A stretch of 64,000 nucleotides of DNA from Lepidodermella squamata (taxonomy: Eukaryota > Animalia > Gastrotricha): contig JBLDXI010000018.1 in the NCBI GenBank assembly GCA_047495785.1, positions 62,001 through 126,000 of the forward strand, written 5' to 3'. The notes beneath the pieces are model-generated. The model ran no database searches and was not told the origin of the DNA. It was given only the letters and a program-made list of their open reading frames with translations. Positions within the stretch are counted from its first letter, which is position 1. Each line of letters begins with the position of its first letter. Below, piece after piece: positions 38,775 through 52,434 of the stretch. The translations under genes and the position numbers were made by a program.

Positions 38775-41700
38775 GTTAAAAATCGCTTTCGTACGGATGA
38801 CCCTGCTAATAACGGTCCCAAACTCGACAATTATTGACATCCATCAAAACTTGAAGTCGAAGAACGCTAAAATTTCTAAACGATTGCAGACAAAAAATAG
38901 CTATCTATATAAAATGTGCCAACATGAAAAAATATACGCGAAAAATCAAACGAAACACAATAGAGAAAAAATTACTACAAAGAGACATACGCTACGCGTC
39001 TATCGAGGGCATTTAGATCTGAGGCGAGAAATGCAAAAAATTTGTTCGCACTTAATGACAAGCAAATTGCTATGAACTGCCTATCAAAATCGCTAAATTT
39101 TTGTTGAATATTTGGGGATGAGGAAGACCAATAAATAGTAATAGGATTCAAGGTAATTCATTAGTCCGATACAAAGGATATTAATATTAGGATTTTATAA
39201 TATTTAAAAAAATCTAAACAGGGCAAGGAAATACAAGAGCGGGAAATCCTTGCGTAAATCTGTTTCGTTTCGATATTGATCGATGAAAGATGAATGAGGA
39301 AACTTTGATTGATGCCCAAAATATGGCCACTTTTTTAGATTTGGATATAATGGATATATGCTGCGCTGTCTTATGCAGGAAGGATCCTACGCGCACTCTC
39401 CCTCTCACATATGGCCACATCGCAATTATATAGCCTACGATTTGATATTATAAATATCAGGCGGTGCATGATCGAAAGGCGCCTCTGTTGTAATCATAAC
39501 AATAACCACGCCCCCTCGCTCATTCTTCCATCACCGCCTTTCAGTAAATATCGTAATTTTTGCGCGGCAAAAAATATAAATAAATAAATTTATTTTATTA
39601 CAATAATAGCCTATTCGTGTTTCGTGTTTTCAATCAAAACGAAGCAGGCGGTGTAATTATAACAAGTACAAGCGGCGGTCAGTGCCTTTTTAACACCGTA
39701 AGTGCGAGCCTATTGATAGCCGTCGCACAAGACACGTGTCGCGTGATAAAACGAGCCGGCGACGCCTCGTCCTCCTTTGAGACGTGTCATAATCATTTGT
39801 CGCGCTTCTTCAAGTGCGCGAATGAGCAATCTCCCGGGGCCGAATATATTGGTTTAATTCATCGTTTGGGGGCTTCATTAAAATTGGCCCATTCAAGGCC
39901 GAACTGATGCCAGCAATGAAACATCAGGGCAATGTTTCAAGAGCTTTGAACTTGGAATTATGAAACGTAGAAAAAAGTATAAAAACCGCCCTTATATTCG
40001 AATTTTCTTCAAAGTAGAAAATCAGAAAAATTTTTAAAATCAAAATTATAACTAAAATTCACAAAATAATCGTAAATTTTGTTATTGGTGACGTATTTTC
40101 GGACAAAAACTTGTTTTTGAGGTTTTAAAATCAGTCTGAATTCAGAAATTTATGAAATACGAGAGAAACGTGTGGAAGGAGATTCCTAACGTACCTGCAA
40201 ATATTGGTTATTTCACTTGATTTATGGTGATTTCAAATATTTTGCAAAAAAAACAATTGGATTTGCGGATATTTTTTTATCCTCATTTGCATTAATGGCA
40301 ATCTAAGCTCTAAGATTTATCGATCCTTGGATCAACTTGGAAGATATGAGGAGGTCCCAAATCGACATCTGAATCTGCCTTGCTTATAATATTTCTTAAA
40401 AATCAAGAATTACTCCAGTGACCTTGGGACTTTAGACATCTGACAGCCCATAATTCAACTAACTTAGAATAATATTTTTCAAGTGATTGTGTGTATAATC
40501 TAATATCATAGCCATTAGTCATTCCACGGCACTTAAACTAGAAACCATCTCTCAGAAGTTGCTAAAATCCCAAAAATTAAGTATTGAGTTGCTCTATCGA
40601 TTGCCAGAAGCCAGAATCAATAGCGGCCCAATCGTGTTAGGAATCACTCGGCAATAATTTAAAAATTTAACATTTATTTAATAAATTTGACCTAAAATGG
40701 GGTACTAATTGCAAATATTGAAAATTTAAAAAATTTGAAATTGAATCCTACAACTTAGCAGCCCTTGGGGAGAAACCTTTGTACTCAAGTATTTTCTAAA
40801 TTATCGCACAACTTGGCGTGGGTATGAAGCACTTATCGCAAAAATATCCTTTGGCTAAAAAAATTGCTTAGCAAGATAACTCCCGTTGTTGAATAGACCA
40901 GTTGATGATGTGATTTGTTAGCTACTACTAGAAAAACATTTATTTATCCGCGCATCAGGTCTGGTTCAGCGCAAATATTTATAATGCCCACCCTCAAGGT
41001 GCGGTTAAACCTGCGTATTAGGATAAGCACAAAAAGAAGCCGGACGCGGTGTTTATAGCTAACAGATTATTATTTACTGCATGGAACAATGACTTTTCGG
41101 GCGGTGGCATGATACTAAAAATCGCCACTGGGTGCTGATCCAGGGTGGGCGGAAAAAATTCCGATATCGGTATTTTTCGATATATTATGTATAAAACCGA
41201 TATTTTGTATATAGGGCGAAGATGAACAAGGTTTATATACTGGGCGGGCGTGTTTATAAGCCCAGTAGGGTGCATGCAAAAAATCAAGTGCTGCTACGGT
41301 TATAGTTACATCAAAGACCGAAACGGTTTTTTGATGATTACAGCAGTGATATGCCGTATAATAACCATTCGATATTAGGAAAAAAAGATGATATTCAGCC
41401 AGCCTCAATCAACGCAGAGTGCTTTTCGAGGTCAAGGCGAAAATTTTGCGCGAAAGGTGCGAAAATAATGGAGGTCACGCGAGGTCATAATAATTAAGCT
41501 GCGCATATCAGAAAAATGAGGTTAATTACTGGGTTGATTTTAAAAATCAGGAAAAATAACAAATAATTCTGGAATTTTCTGAAATTTATTCCTAATTTTT
41601 TTATTCTTTGAAATTCGAAAATGTGTTGTAATGAAGCGGGTTCTGAGTAATTATTAGGAAAAATACTATTTCCGATAGTAAGGCTGTTCATAAAAAAATC

Positions 41701-42613
41701 TTTGTTTACATAAAGCGCGTAAATTACGTTGGAATGAACGTACTCGCATCGAGTAATGGACTCCTGATGCGTAAAAAATAGCCTGTGTGGGTTCAAGATT
41801 CGCTGTTTTTTCCCATAATACTATACCAAAGGTGATTTTCCTGATGAAAAATTCCTTAGTTTTCTTTTCACCGAAATCGCACTTGGAATTATGCGAGCGT
41901 AAATTCAACCAATCGGGTTTGAACTCATCAAATCGCGCCGATAAGCCACAAGAAGATGAAAAAATAATAATAATAGCGTTTGGTCATCGTTTTTATTATC
42001 ATTACCGTAGTAGTAGCATATTTCCGCTCAGTGCGGTCGCCGCAATTGTCCAGTTTTTTTCGCGTAATTAAATAAGACTAATTTCCGCAAAAATACAGTA
42101 ACAACAATATCGGCTATCATTTCACGATGAGATAAATGAGGAGACATCGTTTAATAATAATTGAAAAAATAAATGATGTTTCAACAATAAAAATGGGAAC
42201 TGACCTTAAGAAAGAAAAACCATCGCGGCGATATAACGGAAGGAAAATATAACAATAGGCAAGAAAGGATAGGAATAGGAAGCACAGAAAAACATGTCTC
42301 TAGGGGATACAACGCGTCGAGATTTTTCCATCATTATCCATAATATTTTTGACAAAATTGTTGATTTTATCCGCGGATATTTTTTTTTGACAAGTCGAAA
42401 TTATGATGAAATCACTAGAGGGTGACGGGTGAAAAAAATCGATAAATAAAAGAATAAAATTGGAGTTTTGTTCGACCATTTTTCGCGTTCAACGAAGCGT
42501 GACGGCAGTGGGGATTTTTTTCCTTGGTATTAAAATCGATAAATTAGTAGCGTGATTTGATCACCGGGTTTTGAGTGACATTATGTAATAGTATAGAAAA
42601 ATTATAATTTATA

Positions 42614-45600
42614 TCAGACTTCGGTTATTCGTGCTTTATTCGGATCAATGTTGCAGTTGATGTAGTGCGTGCCTGCGATCACGAAGCCGGAGGTTGAGGG
42701 CGGGGGCGAATCGCGGTGTTGCAGCAGATCCGAGCCCATGAGCACGCTCGAGTCGGTGAGGAACGACATTTTTCGAATGTTGCGAGCTCGCGTCAAATAG
42801 CGAGACCGATACGGCCGGTTATAATGGCTGCAAAAAATAATAGAAAAATGCATAATATAATTTCGGGAGAATATGGCATTATCAACTGAGCAGGGAGCAA
42901 GAATAAACAAGCCGTCCGTTTAATAATCGAGGCAAAGTAGGAAAATAACTTGTTCGAAAAGCAGCTCTACATCTTGCATAAGGATTTTCATTCTTACTCT
43001 TCCTTCACTCCTATTTTACTGGTATCCACTTCCCCTATGCCTTTCCCATTTTCCAATTTTCCCATTGTTTCCCTTTCCCTTTCCCTTCCTATCATGTTCC
43101 CCTTTATTTTCCTTTCCTTGCCTTTTCTTCCCCACCTTCCCACCATCTTTCCCCTAGCTACTTTTAGCGATCCCTACTTGAACATTTGCGAATTAAAGGA
43201 TAGTCATGAGTTGTTGTAAGGGTTCCCAAAGATTTAACCCTACGTCTTGGCTTATTTTTCGCCTCATAAAATCCAGCTTCGATGCGAGTTCAAAAATTCA
43301 TCGAATAACATAATTTGCCCCTATAAGCATGAAAATGTGAGTAATTATTGCCGCGCCATCAACCTACAATTTCCAGCTGGATACATAAATTTGGTTAATA
43401 AAGCAGGTTTTAAACTTAAAATAATGAGAAGCAACAAAATGGATTCAATGCAGAAACTCACATGAGCCTCATTGTAAGAGGCTATGTTTAACGATTCCCT
43501 AAAATTGTAAGAACAGTTGCTGAATTCGCTCGGGTTATATCAGGATAAATTCACTAAAAACTTTCTTAGGAAATGGCTCTGAAAAAATCGGAAGAAAATT
43601 CGAAATTCGGCATTCTAAAAATTACGACAAAATTTCCCCTTCCACTTGAAAATTACCCAAAATAAGAAATCAAGTAAAATATAAATTTTTTTCGAGGACG
43701 TGCCCGTTCCTTGATATGAATATAAACGACTTACAAGAACATGAGAATTCCGATAGTCGAAAGGACCACACATGTGACAAAGGCAGAAACGGCCAGCCAC
43801 AGCCAGAAGCACCAAAAATCACGGCAAGCGAAGTAGTAAGTAGCCGCGTCGAAATCGCCATCGCCCTTGGCCAGCTGTTTCTCCTTGTCCGAAACTGGGT
43901 CATTATCGCCAATCATCGAATACGACGAATTGTCATTTTTTCGCCGATTTTTCATCAACGGCCCGAAATCTTCAAAGTCATTATTATCTTCCTCGAGGGA
44001 AGAATCGCGCCAGAAGTCACGCGCCGAAATGGGGTGGCCTGATTTAGTCGACTGGTCGCCACTATCGGATGTCGAATTTTGATCGGAAATCACGTTCGAA
44101 CAATACTGAATTGTCGCACTTCGCAAAAGCAGTAAACGACTCGCTAAATCACGAGACGGGCTGATGTATCGATACGGCCACGCTCCGTTCAACACGCGAG
44201 CTGTTTCGTCGCTGATGACTAAAATTTCATAAACTGCCAGGCCGATTCTAACCGGCTGGTCGTCATTTCTACGTTTAAGATGGAAGCGAAATGCGAGTGA
44301 AATTGAAGGGTCACTTGTGTTGCTATTGTCTGATGACGTTGTGTTATCTAGTTCGACGTCAATGAGGCGGAACATTCCGCGCCAGTACCGCCGGTCGTGA
44401 CTCAGGGCGGTCATGTCGTCGTAAAAGGTCGAATAGCCGTTGTAGACGACCTGCACGAAACCGACGTGAATGTTGGCGAGGAGCGATTTACGAAATTCGA
44501 TCCTAAAAATACAAAAAAATACGCTGAATGTTCGCCTAAATGATATAAGGATACTAAAATTAAAAAATCTTTCATTAGGTATTTCCTATTGGCAGTTCTT
44601 CGATAGAGAAAAAATTGGGGAGTAAGAATTTGAAAACCGATTATTTTTATCATTTCACGTTACGGAGAAAAATCAGCATGAATTTGATCACGTGACCTTC
44701 CTTGATGCCACACCCATGCGATTACCTCTAGTTAGAAAGCTCTCAAATAATATTTAGCTCGATGAGATTTATACATGATAAAAAATCTATCTTGGGGACA
44801 CTTTTGCGCAGATTGGTATAAGGTCCTAGCTCATCCCCAAACCTAAAGTCTACGAGGTATTTCTATTTTTCTCACCGAATTTTTCCGATTTTTCAGCTCG
44901 GAGATTCGCGCTATCGATCTTGCCAATAAGATTTTTTAACAATAAGCTGGTAACAAAAACTGCCAATAGGCTCTAAATGGGTCTCGGGCCGGAGAATTCG
45001 TTAAAATTCGACGTTTTCTAATTTGTTAAATTTTTCAATTTTTTCAGATGAATCTAGCCATGAATATATGGAACGGTACGCAATGGCTTCACTTTGATGT
45101 CGGACTCGTATACCACCTTTAGGGTTCTAGTATAGAGCCGATATCGATTACAATAATCAATTTCACAAATCAGTGATTTTACTAGATCTCAGCAGCTTAG
45201 GGAACCGCGGCCTAACTTCGAATCTCAGAAACAACGCTTCACAATCTCCATATATCTTAATAAAAATTGCTGAAATAATAAAGACGACTACATTATTGGG
45301 TCGATGTGCAAATTGGCCTTACTTGTTGCGCTTCCATAGCTCACGAGCGAATTTGACATCGCGTGGCACCAGTTTTGCGACGCAGTGTCCCATTTGATCG
45401 CCGCCGCCTTCCTCGTTATAATATCTCCAATTTGTATGCCGATTCTGCAAATTTTTCACGAGATACACGTTATCAGACCGGCGCAGCTGCGGCTTTTTAA
45501 TCAACAGCGCATTCAGGTCATTTGACCCGGGCACAATTAGGTCATCCTCGTAGTTATAGTCCACCGAATCGCCAATCAGCGATTTAATCGCCGATCCGCC

Positions 45601-46499
45601 GTTGAAACCGATTTTTTCAATCGAATTATTTTGGGCCGTTAATCTAAACACCGTGCCGCCACTTCGCTCGTAATGGTCGAAGCTGTCGACCGTTGAACAG
45701 TAAGGACCGGGTAATACCAGGGTCGCGAGATGCGAGTCGCCCAACGACGCCGGGCGATTCGAAAAATCAACCGATCGAATATCGAACTGGCAATGATCGA
45801 TTTTCGACCCGACGCAGTGCCAGTAATTCGACGTTGACGAGTTGTAGATTGGGAAATACGGGTAGTCGTGCCGGTTCGGCGTCCCATCGCCGTAGTGGGT
45901 CGACGATATTTGCCGGGCGTGTTTTAAATACGACAATTTATTAGGTAATTGTTGCGATTTTTCAGCGTTATTCAGGAATAAATTGGCAGTGGCTTTATCG
46001 CAATAGTGAGATTTGTTGGTTGAGGCCTGGACGCGGGTTGGGACGATGAACTGGCCGGTTGGGTTCGGGCATCGCATGTTGATCCGCCACGTGATCGATC
46101 GAGCCCATGCGCAGCCAACAGGTAAAATAACTATGGAAAAACCGGAATTAAATTATGTTTACCTGATCTTTAATTTTAAAATTTATAAAATAAAATCATC
46201 CCGACTTGTAAAATTAAAATAATCATTTTTGGTTAATTTTTGGGAATTTTTCAGATTATTTACAAATAATTTGGCATTTTCCTACATTTAATTGATAAAT
46301 GAGAATAATCAAGGAAAATAAAAACAATTGAGCTCAATTTTTTCAGAAATTAATGAAAAATCATTTATTAAAACTCACGGATATTGTTGAATTTCCACTC
46401 GACATCGATGACAATTTGTCCATCAGCTGCGATCGATCTTCGCCCGAACAAGCCCAAAAGTAGGACTAATTTAACGAAAATCGAACCTGGTCGGGACAT
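42614..46499 (-). CDS. Uncharacterised type-I membrane protein D3, paralogue of D1/D2, ~636 aa
   Basis: Exons 46379-46499, 45323-46130, 43735-44502, 42614-42827 (1911 nt, in frame). Signal peptide, family motifs, acidic stalk, FWCFWLWL-TM, tail ending ITEV. Confidence 0.82.
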
Positions 46500-47709
46500 G
46501 CGCGAATCGGGTCACTGATCGCGGGTAAATCGGCAAAATGATCACATTGATGACCTCTGTTTATCAAAATAATTACCTGGGAAATAAATCAACATTAAAA
46601 GGGTCAAGTTATTGAATAAATTAATGCTGGCAATTCTTTGAAATCTTAACCTCGAAAAATGAAGTGAAAATCTGAATGAAGAGCTCGCTCGGTTTGGCAT
46701 CATGGCAGAAAATCTACCTCGATAATGCGTTACAGGGTAGGTAACACATCGTTAGGTTACAGGTTACGGCGATGATAAGAGCAAAAAAATGCAGCGATCG
46801 CGCGCGCGTGCTCATCAAGTAGAAATGCTGATAGCCCTTGTTATTTTTTTGCGCGTGGCCGGCCTCTTATCGAACGCGGCAGGAAATGGCTCGCGCTGCA
46901 AAAACATTTGATACGCGTAATAAAAACCAGGTGGTGTTCGTTTTTGTAACGTTTCATTGCCCGTTCGAGCATAAAACGCAAGGGCGAAAATTATTTTCGA
47001 TATTAGCAAAGGAAAAACAATATTCTTGAAATTTTGTACCGAAACAATCAAGCGGCGAAATTTAAATATTTCACACACAAAAAATGAAGAATTATCTCTA
47101 GTGGGTTGGGTCAGTGTTTTTACGCTCTGCAGTGGGTATAAAATAATATAGGAACGCGGGTGTGAATTTGACACATCAGTCGGCCATTTTAGTTCAAAGT
47201 TTATTTTTATTACACACGATATTGTATGGGCGGGTCGCGTGCAATAAAATTTCGCCGCCTAGCTCATCTCGGCTTCAGGTCACTCGTGTTTTTTAATTAG
47301 TGGCGCACGCGTTGATGATCAGTGTCACTGTGACTATTGAGCATGTAATAAAATTTGTATGTCAACAATGTGTGTTTAATTATTTCAATTCAAGAAAACA
47401 ATTTATGCACCTGGCTGTATACATAGCAGGTAGTATCACACAGGATTATCATTACACAAGTTGAGAGTCATGAAGCCAAGTGGAATTAACGCCGTGATTT
47501 ACTGCTCTTGCTTTTGAGCCATTCAGGGCACGGTAGTTCAGTCGCATACCGGCATAAATATCAAATTATTATTTTTACTTGGTAGGAAATTAATTAATTT
47601 TTTCTGTGATGGAGCTGCGCCAAACATGAAAGCACTCGATCGAAAAAACTATTGGTAAAGGGGATGTAAGGGCAGGGGAAGGCTTGTGAGTGAAGAACAA
47701 CACGAACTT

Positions 47710-48883
47710 CCATTTTCGGGGAAAACTTTTTCTATCAGCGAAATGTTGGTTTTCATCAGCCAAAAAATATCATTTTTCATCAGCGATAAATTTCGTCATT
47801 TTATGTCAGCATAATATCATTTTTCATCAGCGACATGTCATTTTCTATCAGCAGCCCCGAATCAACAGCGCCAGCTAGCTTACCTGCCTAATTTTTTGTC
47901 CCGTTGTTGATCAATTCTTTCTATTTAACTCAATTGAAAGAAACTGTTACCTGGAGAAGAGATGCCACCCGGATATTCATCGATAATCGATCAATCGATA
48001 ACTAATATCAGCAATAATTGGTTGGCCAACCTAGGCTAATTTCATGCTAGAATCATGTGGTTCTTCGTTCTTGCGCTCAAAATGCTCCTTAAAATGTAGT
48101 ACCTAATCTATCGGTTATAATGAAGGCGATTGAATAGATATCGCCTAGATCCACTAGAACTAGAATCATCAACAACTAGCGTGGCCGGGTCTTTTTGGCA
48201 GAAAGTGTACTTATCATCAGCGCTTCTTCTACCCTTTTCCGCAACATTATGGTGCCCCATTGATCCGTGTGGATCATTCCGGCGGTAAACAAATAGTTAC
48301 CTGGGCGCTGTGTCACACGCGGCGGACGCCCTCACGTATCTTAGCCTCGCCCGCGGATTGAAGGATTAAATGATTAACTAATGCGAAATGCAAACTTTAG
48401 AGCCTTAACACTCTTCAATTATAACATAAATCGGCTCAGGTATAGTGAATGTCACAAAAAGCGAGCAATAATTAGTGGCTTCTAGCGCGGCAATAATTTA
48501 CTGTACAGCCTTCACTTCTTTGCGTTAGAAACTTACACAAATGAGTACTCAGCTGAAGTTGAGCATGTTTCGCAACTAGGCAATCGATTGCAATCGCATG
48601 ACTATTAGCAAACCGCTATAAATCAATCGAACCCCAGCCTTGACTATCCCTGACTCTGCCAATGTCTGGTACCACCCCTTTAGTCATTGTCCCTGTAGTT
48701 GATCTGCCATTACAGCCAAATCTGATGGCTGTTCCGTCAGGTTGGCAATCCGCTGATGAAATAAAACATTTTGCTGATGAAAAGTGACACTTTTTAGTAG
48801 GCTGATGAAAAACACTTCGTACGCTGATAAAAATGACATTTTGCTGATGGAAAAAGACATTCCGCTGATGAAAAAATAGAGTG
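47710..48883. mobile_element. Non-autonomous element with arrays of inverted subterminal repeats
   Basis: About five tttcatcagc-type units at ~47725-47855 and about six gctgatgaaa-type units at ~48750-48875; right end ...agagtg (CACT-type). Left boundary approximate. Confidence 0.65.
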
Positions 48884-49151
48884 CCCCATTTTCATTTTAT
48901 TTTCAACTCAAGCATCGGACAAATTAAAAAAAACAAGATTTGTTGGGGTAAAAGGTGTGGAATTTTAGAGCACGCCACGATACGAAGTCTTCAAATTGTA
49001 GATAGAAATCAAAGCCGAATGAGAATAAAATTTTTGACAACTGAAATCATCCAAGTCATATAGAACAGAAGAACACTGTTCTCTATGATCCAAGTAAATT
49101 TATTCAGCTTTGCAATAAGCGGTTGAGAAAGTTTGAGGCAAAACCATGTAT

Positions 49152-52100
49152 TCATAATAGCTGATTGGGTGATAGGTGCTTAGCCTCCTTCGATCTAATG
49201 GCCACATCCTTTAGGTAAGAATTTTTCATGTCACTAGTGAAGTCTTCCGGTGTTCTCGAAACAGCAGTTGGCGATCGCCTATTTTCCGAGTCTGCAACTT
49301 TGTTAACAACCTGGTCCTTCTTCCTACAGCAGCAGCAGTAAACTAAAACGCAGATGACAACCAATCCAGCGACACCCCCGATTACTGAGCCAACAATGAC
49401 ACCGATCTTTGCTCCATCAGCCGTACCGTTGCCATTCGAAGATCCCGGGTCCATCGCAACATCCTCACCAACACACGGATTGTCAGTAGGAAGGCAGCTG
49501 CCGAAGTCCCCGGTGAAGCCAAACTCGGCCATCATCATGCTTTTCAGATCTGGTTCGGTCTCTTCCATCACTTTGCTAAAATCTTCCTGGCTGATGGAGG
49601 ATGGATCGGCCACAGCTCTCTTCTTACGACCAGCCGACTTCAAAACCCCGAATGATTCGCAGAATTTTGCGGTCGAGGTCTTGCTGAGGACATAAGTGAT
49701 CCTAAAGCAGCAACCATCAGCTTTCTTCGACGTGTTCGCGTAGTTCGAATCGATCATCTCATCTGCAGCGACGTAGTTCGAATTCGGCGTTTTGCTATTC
49801 GTATATCCCGGGCAGCAATTTGCGTAGTTGGATTTACAGAATGGGTTTAGTTTATTCGCAACTTTGACTTTTATCGAGCCTCTGATCTTGAAGTAGCCAT
49901 CAATAGTCGGAACAGGTTTGTACAACAAATCAACGCCTTTAGATGCCTCATCTGCCGTAGTAGCACATCGAGTTGCGGAACTGCATTGTCGGTACTCTTT
50001 CGAGCCATTTGAAGTCAGTCGCCACTGAACCCCGAGGCTGCAAGTTGTAGAGCAGGACGACCAAGTATCAGCCGATAGGCCTGTTGATGGCGGAAGCAAA
50101 CGGGCGAGGTATCCATCGCCTTCTGTCAGAGAATCGCGAGTAGCTGAGGCCAGATTAGCGACAGAAGATGATCCTTTATAAGCTACTTGTGTGTCGCCTT
50201 GGTCATTAGAAGGCAGTGCGGTAGTAGCTGCTTGAATCGAAGAGCTTATGCTCGAAGGGGCTGATGTCGACAAAGCAGCAGAACTTTGGACCGGTGTAGT
50301 AGCAGTTGACGAAGAGCTTATAATCGTTGAAGATGTAGAAGCGGTTGTCTCTGATGACTTGCTTGTTGAAGTCACGGTGGTGGAGACAGCCGCTGTAGCA
50401 GCAGACGTGGGAGCCGAAGAGACACGGGAAGCTGCCGTTGAAGTGGGCGCCGCGGTCGTCGCGGTTACATTTTCGTTCGAACAAGGCGTCACTGGCAAGT
50501 AGGTCCATGAAGTGTTTCTTGAACAGTCCCACACCCCAATCGAGTTGATATCGATCGTCGCAAAGTATGCGTACTGACCGCCGCCGCCGCCAATAATTCC
50601 CAGCGTCATGTTTTCATTTAGAAAATCGATTTGTCGGCTGAGCGTGACGTTGAAAATCCGCGAACAGCGCTGAGTGCCAAATTGGCAAACATCCATTACG
50701 AAGTCTCGCCCTCGCACTCTGATCTGCCACATCGACTTTGTCCGAAGGTAAGTCTCGACGATGAGTTGATTCGTCGTGTAGCAAGCATCAGCTAGATTGC
50801 AGTTGCCCCAATGATAATCGGAGCCATTATTCGGGGCTCGAGAATTTACAGTCCATGAATCAAACGAACCTGTACCGTAACTTCTCGGTAACGACAAATA
50901 AACAGTCAATCCTAAAAATTCAAATAAATGAAGTAAACCAATAGATGTTCATTTCCCTTACCATTTTGCATGTTTCTCTCTATTCCAAAATAATTTGACA
51001 CGTTAACTTGGAAACTTCCGGTGTTATCCGGTCGCACGACGCTACCAGCGTTCGAAATTGTGAACACAATGCCTTCGCGGTATGGTAGCTCATAAAACGT
51101 TGAGATCGAGTTGACGACAACTTCCATGTAGAAATCATTAATCGAAAATCGCTGAAAAGATAAAACCAATAAACAACAAACCGAGAAAATTATCCTAACC
51201 GATTTGCTCCAAAGAGCTCCAATATAGTTGTTATGATTGCGGAGGCGGTGGGAGCAAGGCTCTTGGGGAGGAGGCGTGAAAGTAAGATTATATTTATCGA
51301 AAGAGTAGTAATTCCAGTAATTTTTCAAATCGGAAATGTATTGAAATGAGAGTTGAGGCTGGAAGGCGCCATTTTTGCACATCAAGCTGCGCTGCGGGGG
51401 CTGTTCAAGGCGAGATTTAATCATTGATCTTGGCAGAATATCTTCATTACTTACAGCAGGTGTCGTTGTTTCTATTGGCATCGCACAATCCCAAACGTTG
51501 ACGGAAAACAAATTCACCCAAGCGCTCTTGTAGGTCGACGCGCTGGAAACGACCAAGTAAGAATTCATACCGCCGAAAGTCGACTGGAAAGACGTCGGCA
51601 TCGTGATGTTGCTAAGAGTTCGCGTGCAGTTTGTTGTGTTGAAAATGCAGACATCTATGGTTAGATTAGCAAGCTGCATGCGCACCTTCCATGTAACCTT
51701 GCGGCTTTTCATGTAGGTATCGATGAAGGTTTGCGACGCCGGCCAACACCATTCGAAAGCGGCACATGTCTGATTCCAAACCCAAGTACCCCATTTGTCG
51801 GGATTCGGCACACTCCAACCGCCAAATACACTTCTGCTATAAGGCGACATAAATAGCCCCATTCCTGGTAAATAAAATCATGTTTCCGAATAAATCAGGA
51901 CAGGACAGGAAAGTTCAAAACTTAAGGAAGCTTAGTTAACGATTTCATCATCTGAACCTTAGATTTCAAACAAAACACGAGACGAACCAATTTGGCTGTT
52001 GTAGTAAATGTTGAAAGCTGACGCAGTTGTATTAGGCTTTCCATTAGTTAGGAACAATCCAACTCCTGGGTTGAGTTTCACATCCAAGTAATATGCTGTT

Positions 52101-52434
52101 TCAACTGTAAATTCCACGTAGAAATCGTCCAGTATGAATGGCTGAAAAAGTTAGCAGCATTATCATATAATGCTTAAAAGGATCAGCAATAAACCTTTTT
52201 CGTCATTACACATTCTCCTGTGAATACATCGTAAGTTGTGGATAAACTGATATAAAATGGGTCCCCAGGCTGAGAATCAAGCATCCAATTCCAAGCGTCC
52301 GTCAAGGTCGATTTATCGCTGAACGAGTACTGCGGCTGGAATACGGCATTCGCGCAAGATGCAGGCTGTGAGTTGCCCGGAATGGTTAATGCCACAAGAA
52401 CTAACGCCATTAAGATTAGCATGGCGGTGTTCAT
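49152..52434 (-). CDS. Type-I membrane glycoprotein: two tandem aromatic-rich (lectin/ConA-like?) domains, S/T stalk, TSP1 repeat, SEA-like region with RKKR, TM; ~1002 aa
   Basis: Exons 52195-52434, 51988-52141, 51200-51864, 50962-51151, 49152-50911 (3009 nt, in frame). Repeated C.N..FQPQ.SF...DFY.E..V...VWDC; WSSCSTTCSLGVQWR (TSP1); RKKR furin-type site; TM followed by YCCCCRKK. Confidence 0.85.
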
